64,000 nt of DNA from Raja brachyura (taxonomy: Eukaryota): contig OY740781.1 in NCBI GenBank assembly GCA_963514005.1, positions 160,022,001 to 160,086,000 on the forward strand, given 5' to 3'. Each line of letters starts with the position of its first letter. Position 1 is the first letter of the stretch. Positions 50,010-63,529 of the stretch are shown here, in pieces. The notes beneath the pieces were generated by a model that saw only the letters and a list, made by a program, of their open reading frames with translations, was not told the origin of the DNA and searched no databases. The position numbers and the translations under genes are program-made.

Positions 50010-51250
50010 CCCGGTTCTCCGCACCTCCGCCCTTGCTCCCCCTCCTCCTAGTCACAACAGGGGCAGAGTCCTCCTAGTCCTTACCTTTTCACCCCATCGG
50101 CCGTCGCATACAAAACATAGTTCTCCGACATTTTTGCCACCTCCAACAGGATCGCACCACTTGTCACATTTTCCCATCTCCACCCCTTTCCGTCTAACGC
50201 AACTCCCTGGTTATCACATCCCTTCCCACCCAATCCACCCCCTCCCCAGGTATCTTCCCCTGCAACCGCAGGAGATGCAACACCCGTCCCTATACCTCCT
50301 CCCCCTTGACTCTGTCCACGGACCCAGACAGTCCTTTCAGAGTTAGGCAGAGGTTCACTTGCGCCTCCTCCAACCTCATCTACTGTATCAATTGTCAAGA
50401 TCAGTGAGACCTAACGTAACTGGGTGATCGTTTTGCTGAACACCTTCGCTCAGTCGGCCTGGACCTACCTGATCTCCCGGTTGCTAAACACTTTAATTGT
50501 TTAAACCCCCTGCATTCCCTCTCTCTCTCTCCATCCATCCCCCACCCATCACACCAGGTTTTCGTTCTCACCTCGCCACAGCTAACAATGACAGTTTCAG
50601 CCACCATTTTGACTCTTTGAATGCAACATAGAAATATGTTGCAACATAGAAATAAACATCCTCGAGACCAAACGTAGGCAGGCGATTGTTTCGCTGAACA
50701 CCTTGACTCAGTCCGCCTGGGCCTGCCTACCTGATCTACACTTCAATTCCCCTTCCCATTCCCACACTGACCTTTCTGTCCTGGGCCTCCTCCACTGTCA
50801 GAGTGAGTGCAAACGCAAATTAGAGGAACAGCACCTCATATTTTGCTTGGGCAGCTGACAGTCCATTATTGATTTCTCTAACTTCAAGTAACTCTTGCAT
50901 CCCCTCCCTCTCCGTTCCTCCCCCACCCTAATTGTTGTAATAGTTTCACTGTCGTCCTGGTGAGTTTCATTGTTTGTAACATGTTTTCACCTAGCCCACA
51001 GCTAACAATGGCCCGTTTCCATTATAATTGTTACCTTTTTGCACATCTTTCATTCTATATTTGTTCTATATTTCTCTATATCACTGTCTATCTCTCGTTT
51101 CCCTTTCCCCTGACTCTCAGTCTGAAAAAGGTCTCAACCTGAAACGTCACCTATTCCTTTTGTCCAGAGATGTATCTGACCCGTGAAGTTACTCCAGGAT
51201 TTTGCGTCTATCTTCGGTTTAAACCATCATCTGCAGTTCCTTCCTTCGCG
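50010..51250 (+). mobile_element. Penelope-like element 3' part (GIY-YIG region, 3' UTR, terminal repeat with hammerhead), fragmented
   Basis: Decayed PLE-type peptides (ALAPPPPSHNRGRVLLVLTF, SSNLIYCI, PVAKHFN, EEQHLIFCLGS) running directly into the CTGAA.A...GAAACGTC unit at ~51122-51148. Confidence 0.75.
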
Positions 51251-51563
51251 TTAAAACATGTACCAGTTTATCAAAAAATATTTGAAAATAGTTCGACAGA
51301 TCGAAAAATAATTTTTGTTGCTAACATTCTTTCCAATTCTATAAATACCGTTTTCAATGGAAAATAATATTTAACAAATTACTTAATTAAAAAAATTATC
51401 ATGTGGCCCATTAGCAAATATTGTACAAAAAACTGACCCATTCCATTTAAATTTGTTAGAAATTCAGGAAGCTCATACTAAATAACTTTTAAAATAGTTT
51501 TCTAATAGTTTTCTTCAAATAATCTCTATTTAGAGATATCCATATAGGAAATCCAAGACTCAC

Positions 51564-51713
51564 ATGCAGAAATGTTAACAGAATTCCCCACCACACTGTT
51601 GGCACACCTTTAAAGTAAGGTCTCACATCGCCAACCAAAGCATCAGCATATAGAAGGGGATGGTCTAGTGGTGTATCCTCTTCAACACTTTGAGTCACAT
51701 CAATGGAAGAATT
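51564..51713 (-). CDS. tmem192: tmem192 (lysosomal membrane protein) exon 2: NSSIDVTQSVEEDTPLDHPLL...GILLTFLH
   Basis: 150 nt, AG/GT boundaries (cccgcag|AAT ... CAT|gtgagt); aligns to human [20 protein letters not shown]...PTV. Confidence 0.93.
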
Positions 51714-52689
51714 CTGCGGGGATAGAAACAATGCATGAAGGATCTAAGACTCTCAAAGCATATATTTTATCTGGCAGCATCCGCAACGTGTTTGTTTACC
51801 TGTGCAAGTCACGCTAATTAGTGTCGTACTGTTAGTCTGCGATTTTCAGCTTCGTATCCAAAGGCACAAAGGAATCTTTCAGTGAGAAAAAAAACTTCAC
51901 ATCCTGCCATTCCACATTAAACCTTTCCACAGCCACACACATCTCGCAATGAATCTCACATGTCACAAGGGACGCACAGACACAAAGGATTACAAGTGCA
52001 TCTTGTGTCACATCTGACCAGGGCATGGGTTCCTTCTGAAGTGATGTTAAGAAACATACAACAAGTAGGTTGATAATAACACTGCAAATTAAGATCTCAA
52101 AAAACAAAAAGGTTTCGCTTTCATTGCAAAGTTAAAAAAAAAAGGCTAAGTTACATGATAATATATTTTGATTAACAAATTGCTGAAGCAGGACGAGCAT
52201 GCAAAGCTCACCAACAAAAATCAAGGCACATAATATGCTCAGAATTCAATTAACCCAAAATAAAATGAATGATGTTCCTCAGTGAAATAAATATTTAGTT
52301 ACATCCATGCAAAACTATTTCAACACAAACTTTGTTTTAAAATGTAGTTGGAAAATAGCAGATTTACATCTGGATGGTAACATTTAAAACTGCAGTTTAA
52401 TTGTTACGTTTTTTAATATAAACTATTTAGAAATAAATTTCAGCTGAAAACATAACATGCTCAAATCACCTATTATTTTCAGAATCAAAGCCAGTAGTCT
52501 TTGTTTCAAAACCGAAGGATTGCCAAGAGCTTTCACACTGGATCCTCAAAACGCTTATGTTTTTAGTTATTTTAAAATCAGTGGCTTTCATATCTCCCTC
52601 CCAAAAGTCCCACTTTAGCCAAATTCTTCACCCTTGTGCATCTACATGGTAGAACTACAAATATTATTAATGCAGTATTAGCAGTATTT

Positions 52690-54115
52690 CATAGTGGAAC
52701 CAGGCCCATCGATCCAACTGGCCCACAACGACCAGCATGCCCCATCTACACTCGTCCCACCTGCCTGCATTTCGCCCATATCCCTCCAAACCTACTTGTC
52801 CAAATGTTCTTTTTAAAATGTTGTGATAGTACTTGCCTCAACCAACTCCTCCCGCAGCTCGTTCCATATACCCACCACTCTTTGCGTAAAAAAATTGCCC
52901 CCCAAGTTCCTATTAAATCTTTCCCCCCTCACCTTAAACTTAGGCCCTCTCGTTCTCAATTTTCCCCAATCTGGGTAAAAGAATCTGTGCATTTACCTTA
53001 TCCGTTCTTCAAATGATCTTGTACATCTATGTAAAAATCACCCCTCATCCTCCTGCACTGTCAAAGCTGTCACACCCAGACATACAAACAGCTTTTTTCC
53101 ACGAGTAGTAGCTCTACTCAATAACCAAAAATCTGTTGCCTCTTTTTGCTCTAGTATTTTATTTAATTCACATGTTTAATCGATAATGTTTTATTATTAA
53201 TGTTTAATGTTTTATGTGTCATTCCTAACTGTCATTGTATGTCATGTTGTCACTTGCGGGCGGAGCACCAAGGCAAATTCCTTGTATGTGAATACTTGGC
53301 CAATAAACTTATTCATTCACTCATTCATTCCAAGGAATAAAGTCCTTGCTTGCTCAACCTTTTCCCTTTAGCTCAAGCACTTGACTCCTGGCAATATCCT
53401 CGTAATGGGCTTGCCCCACATAGGCGACTGCCACAACTTTTTCAACATATTGAACATTTTTCAGCGACAGTGGCGGCATCTTTTGCTGTTGTACGTTGTC
53501 GCAGGTGAATTCCATTAAAATTAGTCCCTGGCAGTCATCGAGAGAGTCGCCTACGTGGGACATGCCCATAAGTCTCTGCACCCTTTCCAGCTTACCAACA
53601 TCTTTCCTACAACAGGTTGACCAAAACTGAACACAAAACACATAATGTGGCTTCACAAATGCCTTGTACAACTGTCACACAACCTCCCAACTTCCATACT
53701 CAATACTGTCTGATGAGGGCCAATGTGCCGAAAGCTTTCTTGGCCACTCTACCTACCTGTGAGTGTAGGTACTTTCAAGGATCTAAATACCTACACTGCT
53801 AGATGCCTCTGCTCCACAACAATCCCAGAGCCCGACCATTCAGTATTGGTCCTGCCCTGGTTAGATGTCTCAAAATGCAACACCCTGCACTTCTCAGTAT
53901 TAAGCTTCATCAAACAATCCTGAGCCAACCTGCCCAACCGATTAAGATCATGCTGCAATTATTGGCAACCCTCTTTGCTATCTACAAAACCAACCACCTT
54001 TGTGTCATCTGCAAACTTAGTAATCATGCCATGTACATTCTCCTCCAAATCATTGATGTAGATGACAAACAGCAATGGGCCCAGCACCAAATCTTGGGGC
54101 ACATCACTGGTCACA
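52690..54115 (-). mobile_element. Decayed CR1 RT region with nested Rex/Babar tail and MITE
   Basis: VTSDVPQDLVLGPLLFVIYINDL...KFADDTK in ORF 53959..54291; nested pieces at ~53060-53325 and 53406-53568. Confidence 0.82.
53406..53568. mobile_element. PIF/Harbinger-type MITE in a CR1
   Basis: TGGGC.TG.CCCAC.TAGGCGACT...AGTCGCCTACGTGGGACATGCCCA; TAA TSD at 53403-53405 / 53569-53571. Confidence 0.82.
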
Positions 54116-54630
54116 ATTAGTATGATGTTGTATAATGTGTAGATAAGTCTACAGAAAGGAGTTATTGCATCAGATGATTTGGCATATATGATCAGTTTAT
54201 TTTTTGGCAAATACACCTCACTAGGACAGTTGTCTGGTTCTTCACTGCAGTTCGTTAAGAGAATAACTGAGGGTTCGTCCAACGAGGCCATATGGGTTGA
54301 ACGTAGATAGGGGAAATCATTTTGGTAGTGTTACATCCTAAGCCTGCCAATAGCAAGTGGGAATTACTGGAATAAATGAGCAAGCACATTGCTTAAAGGT
54401 GTAAAAGCAATAGGGTAATGGTCGCAGGGGGTTTTAACTTTCCTAACATTGACTACGATTGCCTCGGCGTAAGGGGCTGAGATGAGGTGGAGTTTGTTAA
54501 GTGCGTCCAGGTTTTTTGAGACAATGAGTAACCAGTCTTGAGAGAAAGGCCTGTGCTTTACTTCAGCTGACGAAATGAAACCGTACAGGTAGTGGAAGTG
54601 TGGATTGGGGAACACTTTGGTAACAGTGAT

Positions 54631-54925
54631 GGGCGGCACGGTGGTGCAGCCTTAGAGTTGCTGCCTCACAGCGCCAGAGACCCGGGTTCGATCCTGACAA
54701 CGGGTGCTTGTCTGTACGAAGTTTGTACACTCTCCCCGTATTCTCCAAAACCTTCGGTTTCCTCCCACACTCCAAAGACGTACAGGTTTGTTGGTTAATT
54801 GGCTTGATATAAATATAAATTGTCCCTAGTGTGTAGGGTCATGTTAATGTGGGGGGGAATCACTGGTCGGTGCAGACACGGTGGGCCGAAGGGCCTGTTT
54901 CCGTGCTGTATCTCTAAACTAAACA
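54631..54925 (+). mobile_element. tRNA-derived SINE (HE1/V-SINE-like)
   Basis: Same head (GGTTCGATCC B box) and tail as the 56280 copy. Confidence 0.85.
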
Positions 54926-55064
54926 ATTCTGCAAGTTTCAAACTAACGGTGGTCCTCAAATCAAGGTCTTAAACAGGAGGATGGCCAATTTTGATAGTAT
55001 GAGAGGTCCTGGAAAATGTAGACTGGGAAGATGGTGGTGGGTAAAACAACATCTAACAAGTGGG

Positions 55065-55274
55065 TAGACACAAATAGCTGGAGTAACTCAGCGGGACAGG
55101 TAGCATCTCTGGAGAGAAGGGAGACTCTTCTTCAGACTGATCAGTCTTCCTCAAGGATCTAGACCAGAAACGTCATCCATTCCTTCTCTCCAGAGATGCT
55201 GCCTGTCCTGCTGAGTTACTCCAGCATTTTGTGTCTATCTTCGGTTCAAACCAGCATCCGCAGTTCCTTCCTAC
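55065..55274. mobile_element. Inverted-dimer Penelope-derived unit inserted in a CR1
   Basis: Opposed arms; TSD acaagtggg at 55056-55064 / 55275-55283. Confidence 0.72.
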
Positions 55275-56279
55275 ACAAGTGGGAGTCTTTTAAATGAAAG
55301 TTGAGGGACAGCATGTAAAAGAGCAAAAGTAAAAGGTGCCAGCTTTGACAACTTTGTATGATAGAAGTTATTGATGATCTGGTCAGGAAGAAAATGGAAG
55401 CATGTGAGAGGTATAGCCACCTACTATAAGTGAGACCCTCGAGGAACAATAGAGGATAAGAGGGCAAAACAAGGTCATAAACCATCCTTGGCAGGAAGGC
55501 TTAAGGGGATCCCCAAGGTATTCTACACATATATCAATAATAGGAGAGAGGGCAGCTAGAAATGAAAGGGCCCCTTTAGAGAACATAGGGGCAATAAATC
55601 AGTTTAAAGAGATTTGGCACATCACCAAATAGACTAACAAACTTCTACTGTCTAGTTTTTAGTTTAGAGATACAGCACGGCCCACCGACCAGTGATCCCC
55701 GCACACTAACACTATCCTACACACACACTAGGGACAATTTACAATTTTACCAAGCCAATTAGCCTACAAACTGTATGTCTTTGGAGTGTGGGAGGCAACA
55801 GGAGCGTCTGGGGAAAACCCATGCAGGTCACGGGGAGAATGTACAAACTCTGTCCAGAGCACCAATAGTCAGGATCAAACCCGGGTCTCTGGCGCTATAG
55901 GGCAGCAACTCTACCGCTGCCGCACCATGCCGCCCAAACAACTGGCTGCACCAACACCTGGTACTGCAACTCCCTTGTACAGGAACGCAAGAAACTGGAG
56001 AGTAGTGGTCCCAGCTTTGTTCATCACAGGCTCAGTTCTCCCCACCACCAAAGGTACCTGCACGAGGCTCTGCTTTGAGATGGCGACAGTTATCAATAAG
56101 GATAATTGCTGGGCCCACTATCTGGGCCTTGTCCTCTTCTCACCGTTACCATCGGACAAGAGGTACAGAAGCCTCAAGTCCCACACTATCACACCAGCAG
56201 ATTCAGGAACAGTGAAAGGCAGAAGATCTACAGGGGATATTCACAGTGTAGTTCAATTCACAGAGTAGTTGATATCTTT

Positions 56280-56590
56280 GGGCGGCACGGTGGTGCAGCG
56301 GTAGAGTTGCTGCCTTACAGCGAATGCAGCGCCGGAGACCCGGGTTCCATCCCGACTATGGGTGCTGTCTGTACGGAGTTTGTACGTTCTCCCCTTGACC
56401 GGCGTGGGTTTTCTCCGAGATCTTCGGTTTCCTCCCACACTCCAAAACCGCACAGGTTTGTGGGTTAATTGGCTTGGTAAAAATTGCGCCTAGTGGATGT
56501 GGGATCGTGTTAATGTGTGGGGATTGCTGGTCGGGGCTGACCCAGTGGGCCGAAGGGCCTGTTATCGCGCTGTATCTCAAAACTAAACTA
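56280..56590 (+). mobile_element. tRNA-derived SINE (HE1/V-SINE-like), full length
   Basis: Pol III A/B-box head GGGCGGCACGGTGGTGCAGCGG...GGTTCCATCCC, central domain, CR1-like tail (taaac)n. Other copies: ~9620-9910 +, 14905-15235 -, 24515-24775 -, 36945-37095 -, 45115-45400 -, 55655-55935 -, 57055-57325 -, 60065-60330 -, 62375-62590 +. Confidence 0.85.
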
Positions 56591-57509
56591 TCTGAGACAC
56601 ATTGTCCAGGTAGGTGGTGAAATCAAATACAATTATGATATTTATATAATATGGGGTATTTAGACAGGCACTTAAATGGGTTGGGTTACAAGGATACAGT
56701 CCTAATGCAAGCAATGTAGATGGCCGGTAAGGATGATGGACTAAGGGGGTGCAGGAAGGAACTGCAGATGCTGGTTTAAACTGTAGACACAAAAAGCTGG
56801 AGTAACTCAGCAGGTCAGACAGCATCTCTGGAGAAAAGAAATAGGTGACGTTTCGGGTCAAGACCATTCTTGAGTGTATCTATGGTGGACCAAGGAGCTG
56901 GTTAATGAGCTGTACGACTTAATGACTACTATGTACAGTCCTTAACTGAAACTGCGGGTTTTCTCCAGGTTGCGAATGCCGGTCCTGTGGGCAGCCTGTA
57001 CAAATGAATGGGTGCTCGGGAGACCAGCAGGATGGATTTGCCAGCTGCTGCAGAGTTTAGTTTAGTTTAAAGATACAGCGCGGAAAACAGGCCCTTCGGC
57101 CGACCCAGTCCACACCGACCAGCGATCCCCGCACGTTAACACTATCCTACACACACTAGGGACAATTTACACATACACAAAGCCAATTAACCTACATACC
57201 TGTATGTCTTTGGAGTGTGGGAGGAAACCGAGGATCTCGGGGAGAGCGTACAAACAGCACCCGTAGTCGGGATCGAACCCGGGACTCCGGCGCTGTAAGG
57301 CAGCAACTCTACCGCTGCGCCACCGTGGAATTGTGCTGGGTTGGAAGGTTGGGATCTGATGGAAGGTTGGGATCATTGTACATGTTTCAACTTCATGTAG
57401 CATTAAATAAAACCAAGCAGTCCTTTATACTACAGAGCACCGTCATTGCAGAGTGTCGATAAGAATTTTCATGAAACAATATTTTGTATTAGGATATCAG
57501 ACATATTAT

Positions 57510-59495
57510 GGAGAAGGTGTCATTCTGGTTGGAGTCAATTACCAGTGGCGTTCAGCAGGGATCTGAACACCAGCAGGGATTACATATACAAGAACATAAA
57601 TTGTATGGTTACTAGTTTTGGCAGATGACACAGAAATCGGTGGAGTTGCAGACACTGAAGAATGTCAAAGGATACAACAGAATAAAGATCAGTTATTAAT
57701 ATGGGCGAAAATAAATGGCAGATAGAGTTTAATTCAAGTAAGCACGAGGTGTTGCAATTTGGGAGGTTGAAAGAAAGAGGAAAATATGATGGGGCTGTCC
57801 CACTGTACGAGCTCATTCAAGAGCTCTCCCGAGTTTAAAAAAAAAATTAAACTGGTGGTAAGCACCTAGAATGTACGTAGCGGGTACATCGGAGCTCAGG
57901 GACTTTCACTTAGTGACTCGTAACGCTAACGGCAGGCACTCGGGAAACGCGGTAAGCTCGGGAAGACTTTTCAACATGTTGAAAAATGTTCACGAGAGCC
58001 CCGAGTACCTACAAGCGACCATTACCGTAAATCTCCGCGTTCGACTCAGGCCAAACTCAGGAGAACTCTTGAATTAGCTCGTACAGTGGGACAGGCCCAT
58101 AAGGTTAATGCAAGACCCTTAACAGCATTGTTGGAGCCAGATCTGGGTGTCCAAATTATGTAATTCCCTGAAAATAACCACATATGGAGACAGGATGGTA
58201 TGCCTGCCTTCTGCAGTCGGGGCATTGAGTATAAGGGTCACAAAATCACTTTGCAGCTCTATAAAACTCCAGTTAGGCTGCATTTGAAACATTGTGTACA
58301 GTTCTGCTCACCCCATTACAGGAGATTTTGGAAAATGTGCAGAAGAGGAGGTTTGCCAGGATGCTGCCTGGATTAGAGGGTATTAGCTACAAGGAAAGAT
58401 GGGACCAGCTTGGAATGTTGTCTTTGATGCCCCGGAGGATGAGGGGGAGATCTAAAATAAGTATATAAAATTATGAGAGATAATAGATAGGGTAGATATT
58501 CACAACCCAATTCCCAAGGAGGAATTGTCAAAGAGAGGGGAGAGAAAAATGCTGGAGAAACTCAGCGGGTGAGGCAGCATCTATGGAGCGAAGGAAATAG
58601 GCAATGCTACGGGTCGGAACCCTTCTTCAGACTTCTACTTTGAAGAAGTTCTCCTCCTCCTTCCGTACCTACTTGGTCAAAGAGAGGGCACAGCTTTCAG
58701 GTCGGAGGGGGAACGTTTAAGTGAGATGTATGGAATGATTTATTTTTTAATTACAGAGTGTTAAGTGCGCGGAAAGCATTGCCAAGGGTGGTGAAAGTAG
58801 ACTGAGATTAGTTTAATTTGAAATCATGGGCCCAAGAGCCAGTTCCTGCGATGTATAGTCTTTCTTTCTTTACTAATTGTCTTTCTTTCTTTGATGCTGA
58901 TCTGCCAAGTGCTTCCAATATTTCCGAATTAAATATGCTTTATGGAGTAAATTTCCATATTCTATGAATGAATGGGTTAGCGATAATACAGGTCATTGAT
59001 AAGAGGATCAGTGATAAAGGTAATAAGTAAGCTGGAAAGGGTGCAGAGAAGATTTACGAATATGTTGCCAAGAGTAGGCGGCCAGAGCTATAGGGAGAGG
59101 TTGAGCAGACTGGGACATCATTCCGTGGAGTACAGGAGGCTGAGGCGTGATCTTTTGGAGGTGTACAAGATCATGAGAGAAATAGATAAGGTAAATGCAA
59201 AGTCTTTTACCCAGAGAAGGGGAAATCGAAAACCACAGGTGATAAGTTTAAGGTGAGAGGCGAAGATTTTATAGGGGCAACTTTTTTTTTAAACATAAAG
59301 CGTGGAAGGCGTATGGAACAAGCTGCCAGAAGAATTAGTTGAGATAGCTGCTATCACCACATTTAAAAAACATTTGGACAAATACATGGAAACGTTTAGA
59401 GGGATATGGGTCAAATGCAGGCAGGTGGGCCTAATGTAGTTGGTTGGCATGAACAAGTTGGGTTAAAGGGCCTGTTTCCACGTTGTGTGACTATG
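57510..59495 (+). mobile_element. Decayed CR1 fragments with nested MITE
   Basis: FADDT-like motif near 57618; ORF 58996..59256 LERVQRRFTNMLP...RRDLLEVYKIM. Confidence 0.75.
57790..58099. mobile_element. PIF/Harbinger-type MITE in a CR1
   Basis: TGGGGCTGTCCCACTGTACGAGCT.ATTCAAGAG...CTCTTGAATTAGCTCGTACAGTGGGACAGGCCCA; TGA/TAA flanks. Confidence 0.85.
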
Positions 59496-62400
59496 TCTAT
59501 TTTTAATCATCAGCATTTGATTTTTGGCCGACTTAGCAGAGCGTCAACATTTGGTATCAAAAGAAAAGTGACTGCAGTATTTTGCAACTGATGTGGGTCA
59601 CATTTTACCAGTGCAATTCAGGACCTTTTGAATTGCATGCATTGCAAAGTGGCCCTTTGCATACAGTTGCAAAGATATTGCAGAGATGAGTTATTTAATT
59701 AATTGTGGTACATTACCCGGCTTAAGTATTTTCCTTTCACATTTCAGATCTCCAGCATCTGCGGTTATTTTGTCTATGAATTCTATTTGATTCCTTATCT
59801 CTTCTCTAACAGGAAAACTTGAAGCAGGCGAAATGTGCAAGAAGGATCTGCAGACGCTGGCTTTAAACCGAAGATGGACATGAAATGGAGTAACTCAGCG
59901 GGACAGACAGCATCTCCTGAGAGAAGGAATGGGTGACGTTTTGATATCATGGGGTGATATCATGATATCACGAGACCCTTCTTCAGAAGCAGAATTTGGT
60001 TTCCATTCGATTTCCTCATGTTCTTTAATCCAGTTACTATCATTGCTTTTTTTTTATAAAGTTTATTTTAGAGGTACAGTGCGTGTTGGCACCGACCAGC
60101 GATCCAGCACATTTAACACTATCCTACACCCACTAGGGACAATTTTTACACTTACCAAACCTGTCCGTCTTTGGAGTGTGGGAGGAAACCGAAGCTCTCA
60201 GAGAAAACCCACGCAGGTCACGGGGAGCACGTACAAACTCCGTGCAGACAGCACCCGCAGTCGGGATCGAACCCGGGTCTCCAGCGCTGCATGCGCTGTA
60301 AGGCAGCAACTCTACCGCTGTGCCACCGTGACACTACTTCCTTATGTTTGCAAACTTATTGGAACTTTGATTTCCCTAGTGTCACGTTACCATATCATTG
60401 TCAGTGATTCTACTGCCCCCTGCCTTCCACTCAACCACCATTCCTCTGTTTCACCTCCGCACACTCTGACCTCAACTTACAGTTAAAATCTGCCACCTGT
60501 CACATCTTTCAGTTTGACAAAAGTTCACTGCCACCATTTTCTCAATTTCTCTCAGTGTACAAGTTATTTTTTTAAACTCCCTACATCGAATGTATTAGGT
60601 TATAATAACTGTGTCAAATTATTGGCTCAAGTGCCAGTTCTGTTTGATGGAAAACTATGGAGATTCAATGTGAGTGATCGAGCAATATTAATTAATGCTG
60701 CTGATGCAGAACTGAAGACAAAGTATAGATTGTCAAAAAAGGGCTTTTATCGATGTGGAACTAGTGTTTAATGTACAAACAATCACACATGTGCAAACAG
60801 AATTTTGAACATGACTCAGCATTGGAAAAGAGCCCTTTATGGTTTACTGCACGTACATAATGAGTGATATTCGACACAAAACGCTGGAGTAACTCAGCAG
60901 CACATGCAGCATCTCTGGAAAGAAGTAGTGGGAGACATTTCAGGTCAAGACCAGTCTTCAGACTACTGTCAGGAGTTATGGGGAGAAGGCAGGAGAATGG
61001 AATTAGGAGGGAAAGATAGATCAACCATGATTGAATAGCAGAGAAGACTTGATGGGCCGAATGGCCTAATTCTGCTCCTATCACTTATGACCTTATAAGG
61101 GTCTCAACCCAAAACGTCACCCATTCCTTCTTTCCAGAGATGCTGCTTGCCCTGCTGAGTTATTCCAGCATTTTGTGTCTATCTTTAGTGCAAACCAGCA
61201 TCTGCAGTTCCTTCCTACAGAATGAGCGATATTACTTATACAGGTGTTACAGGATGAAGTTAGCAATGTAGAAATTGATGCTTTTTTTTCACAACCCAGT
61301 GATATCTTGTACAACTGCACATGCAGATTGTACACCCATGCAGCAGACTCATTTGTCTTGCTCGCAACTTGCCACAGGCCCAACACCTCGTTCCATCAAC
61401 CCTTCGTGGTGGTCGGTGCCTTGCAGCAGCGCCATTGAAACTTAACTCACACAAAGGCAACCGCCACTCCAACTTTTAGAATTGGAGAGTCAGGGCATTT
61501 GTGAACAGCACAAACAGCGTCAGAACCAAACTCTGCTCTGCTACCATAGCCTGGGATCTCTGATGCTTTGTCATTGGCATCATTGTCCGAGTGAGATTAT
61601 AACAGCTGATCGGCATATCAAAGAACAAAGTGCAAGCGGGACGGGTTTCATCATTATGAGTGAATTATTCTGGCATCCCATTCTTGGTTTCTTGGTCCTC
61701 CAAAATATTCCAAATGGAATTTAAACGTGAGGTGGGAGTGACTCCCACATAGAACAAGTGCATGGCACATGACACTTCAACTCATGTCTTAATACATGTT
61801 TAATCACGTGGGGGACCGCCGTGAGGGACGGTGGGAGAAGGGGGACCCGGTGTGGGGGAGGGGACACACTCTAGTTTAGAATCCTCTGCCCAGGGGGATA
61901 CGTATACGTTTGTTTATTCGTTCTGGTGAAGGCGCTGTGTACACGGCAGCCAGACAACAGTCGTTTGTCATTTTTTGTTTGTTTTCACTTATAATTTCAA
62001 GTTTTCGTGTGCCTTGTTGTGTGTTGTGACCGTCGGCAGACCAACTTCCCTCCGGGGATGAATATAGTTTTATCGTATTGTCTTAATCATGTATTGTTTT
62101 TCGGCTGACTGGATAGCACGCAACAAAAGCTTTTCACTGTACATCGGTACACCTGACAATAAACTAAATTGGAACCAAGATGTTACAAAAACAGCAGTAA
62201 CTGGACTATAGTGCGCAATATTGGTTACCACACAATTACATTCGCCTATATGGAAGAATTACGTATGCACCCAAGTTTCATATAACTGCCCTTTTTATCT
62301 TGTATCTCTTATCATTTAAGACTCTTCCTTTAGTGTAAACCTTGCAACGTCTAACCCATTAATGCGACACAGTAAAGCAGCAGTACAGCTACTGCCTTAC

Positions 62401-63529
62401 AGCGCCAGAGACCCGGGTTCGATCCTGACTACAGGTGCTTGGCTGTATGGTGTTTGCACGTTCTCCCCGTGACCCGCGTGGGGTTTCTCCGAGATCTTCG
62501 GTTTCCTCCCACATTCCAAAGACGTACAGGTTTGCAGGTTAATGGGCTTGATTAAAAATGTACCAATTGTCCGGTATAAAATTGTCCAACTTCCAGTATA
62601 GTCCCGGGTGGACCCTTCGGAAGGTACAAGGTATTCAAAATAAAATGAAACCATTTTCATGGATCTACCATCCATCTCTAATCACATCTTCACTGTAACC
62701 TCTACTCAATTTGCCAAAATGTAGTTCAGTCTGGCTCCTGTCCTTGCCACAGTAAAAGAACAGTGCAATAGGCACAAATGAGATGTTTGCATAATTAGTG
62801 GAGGTGACTGTGTGTCAGTGTTCAATGGAGTTCATTGATAAATTCCTGCAGAGCTAGTAAGCCATCATCTCTAACAAATACGAGCCACGTTTACTGCTAA
62901 GCAAAACAGAAAGTGTTGGAGGAACTTAACGGGTCAGCCAGCATCTGTGGAGAGAATAGACAGATGGTGTTTCAAACTAGATCCATCTCATTTCACATTT
63001 GCATATAGGCAAAATGCTGGAGTAACTCCACGGGACAGGCAGCATATCTGGAGATAAGGAATGAGTGACATTTCAGGTCGAGACCATTCTTCAGACTGAG
63101 TCAGAGGAGGGGGAAACTAGAGACATGAACAAGCAGGGTGATACTCCAGCATTTTGTGTCTATCTTCGGGGTAAACCAACATCTACAGTTCCTTCCTACA
63201 CATTTCACAGTTTGGACTTGTATAAATATTTCCACCTCATTAAATAACCAGAGGAATGGTCAACATATCAGCAAAAACTCGGGCTACTGAACCTATAGAG
63301 AAATTGGGGTTGCAGGTGGATGCAGAGCATTATTAGCAAGGCTGAGAACATTCCTGAGTTCAATAGTCTGGAGGGTGCACCCGACCGGCGGTGATCGGCA
63401 GGCGGTGACCATCATCAGTCCGGAAAGTGGCCACGTCTACCTCCCTCCCTCCCTCCATGCCCCATCCCATCCATCCATCCATCCATCCCTCCCTCCCCAA
63501 CAGCCTTCCACTCCCTCCCTCCCCTTTAA

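Noticed and set aside
56280-56360. tRNA-like sequence
   Set aside because: Head of a multi-copy SINE, not a tRNA gene.
61440-61480. Candidate tmem192 exon 1 donor (|GTGAGT on minus)
   Set aside because: No in-frame ATG or similarity to the TMEM192 N-terminus; exon 1 left unassigned.
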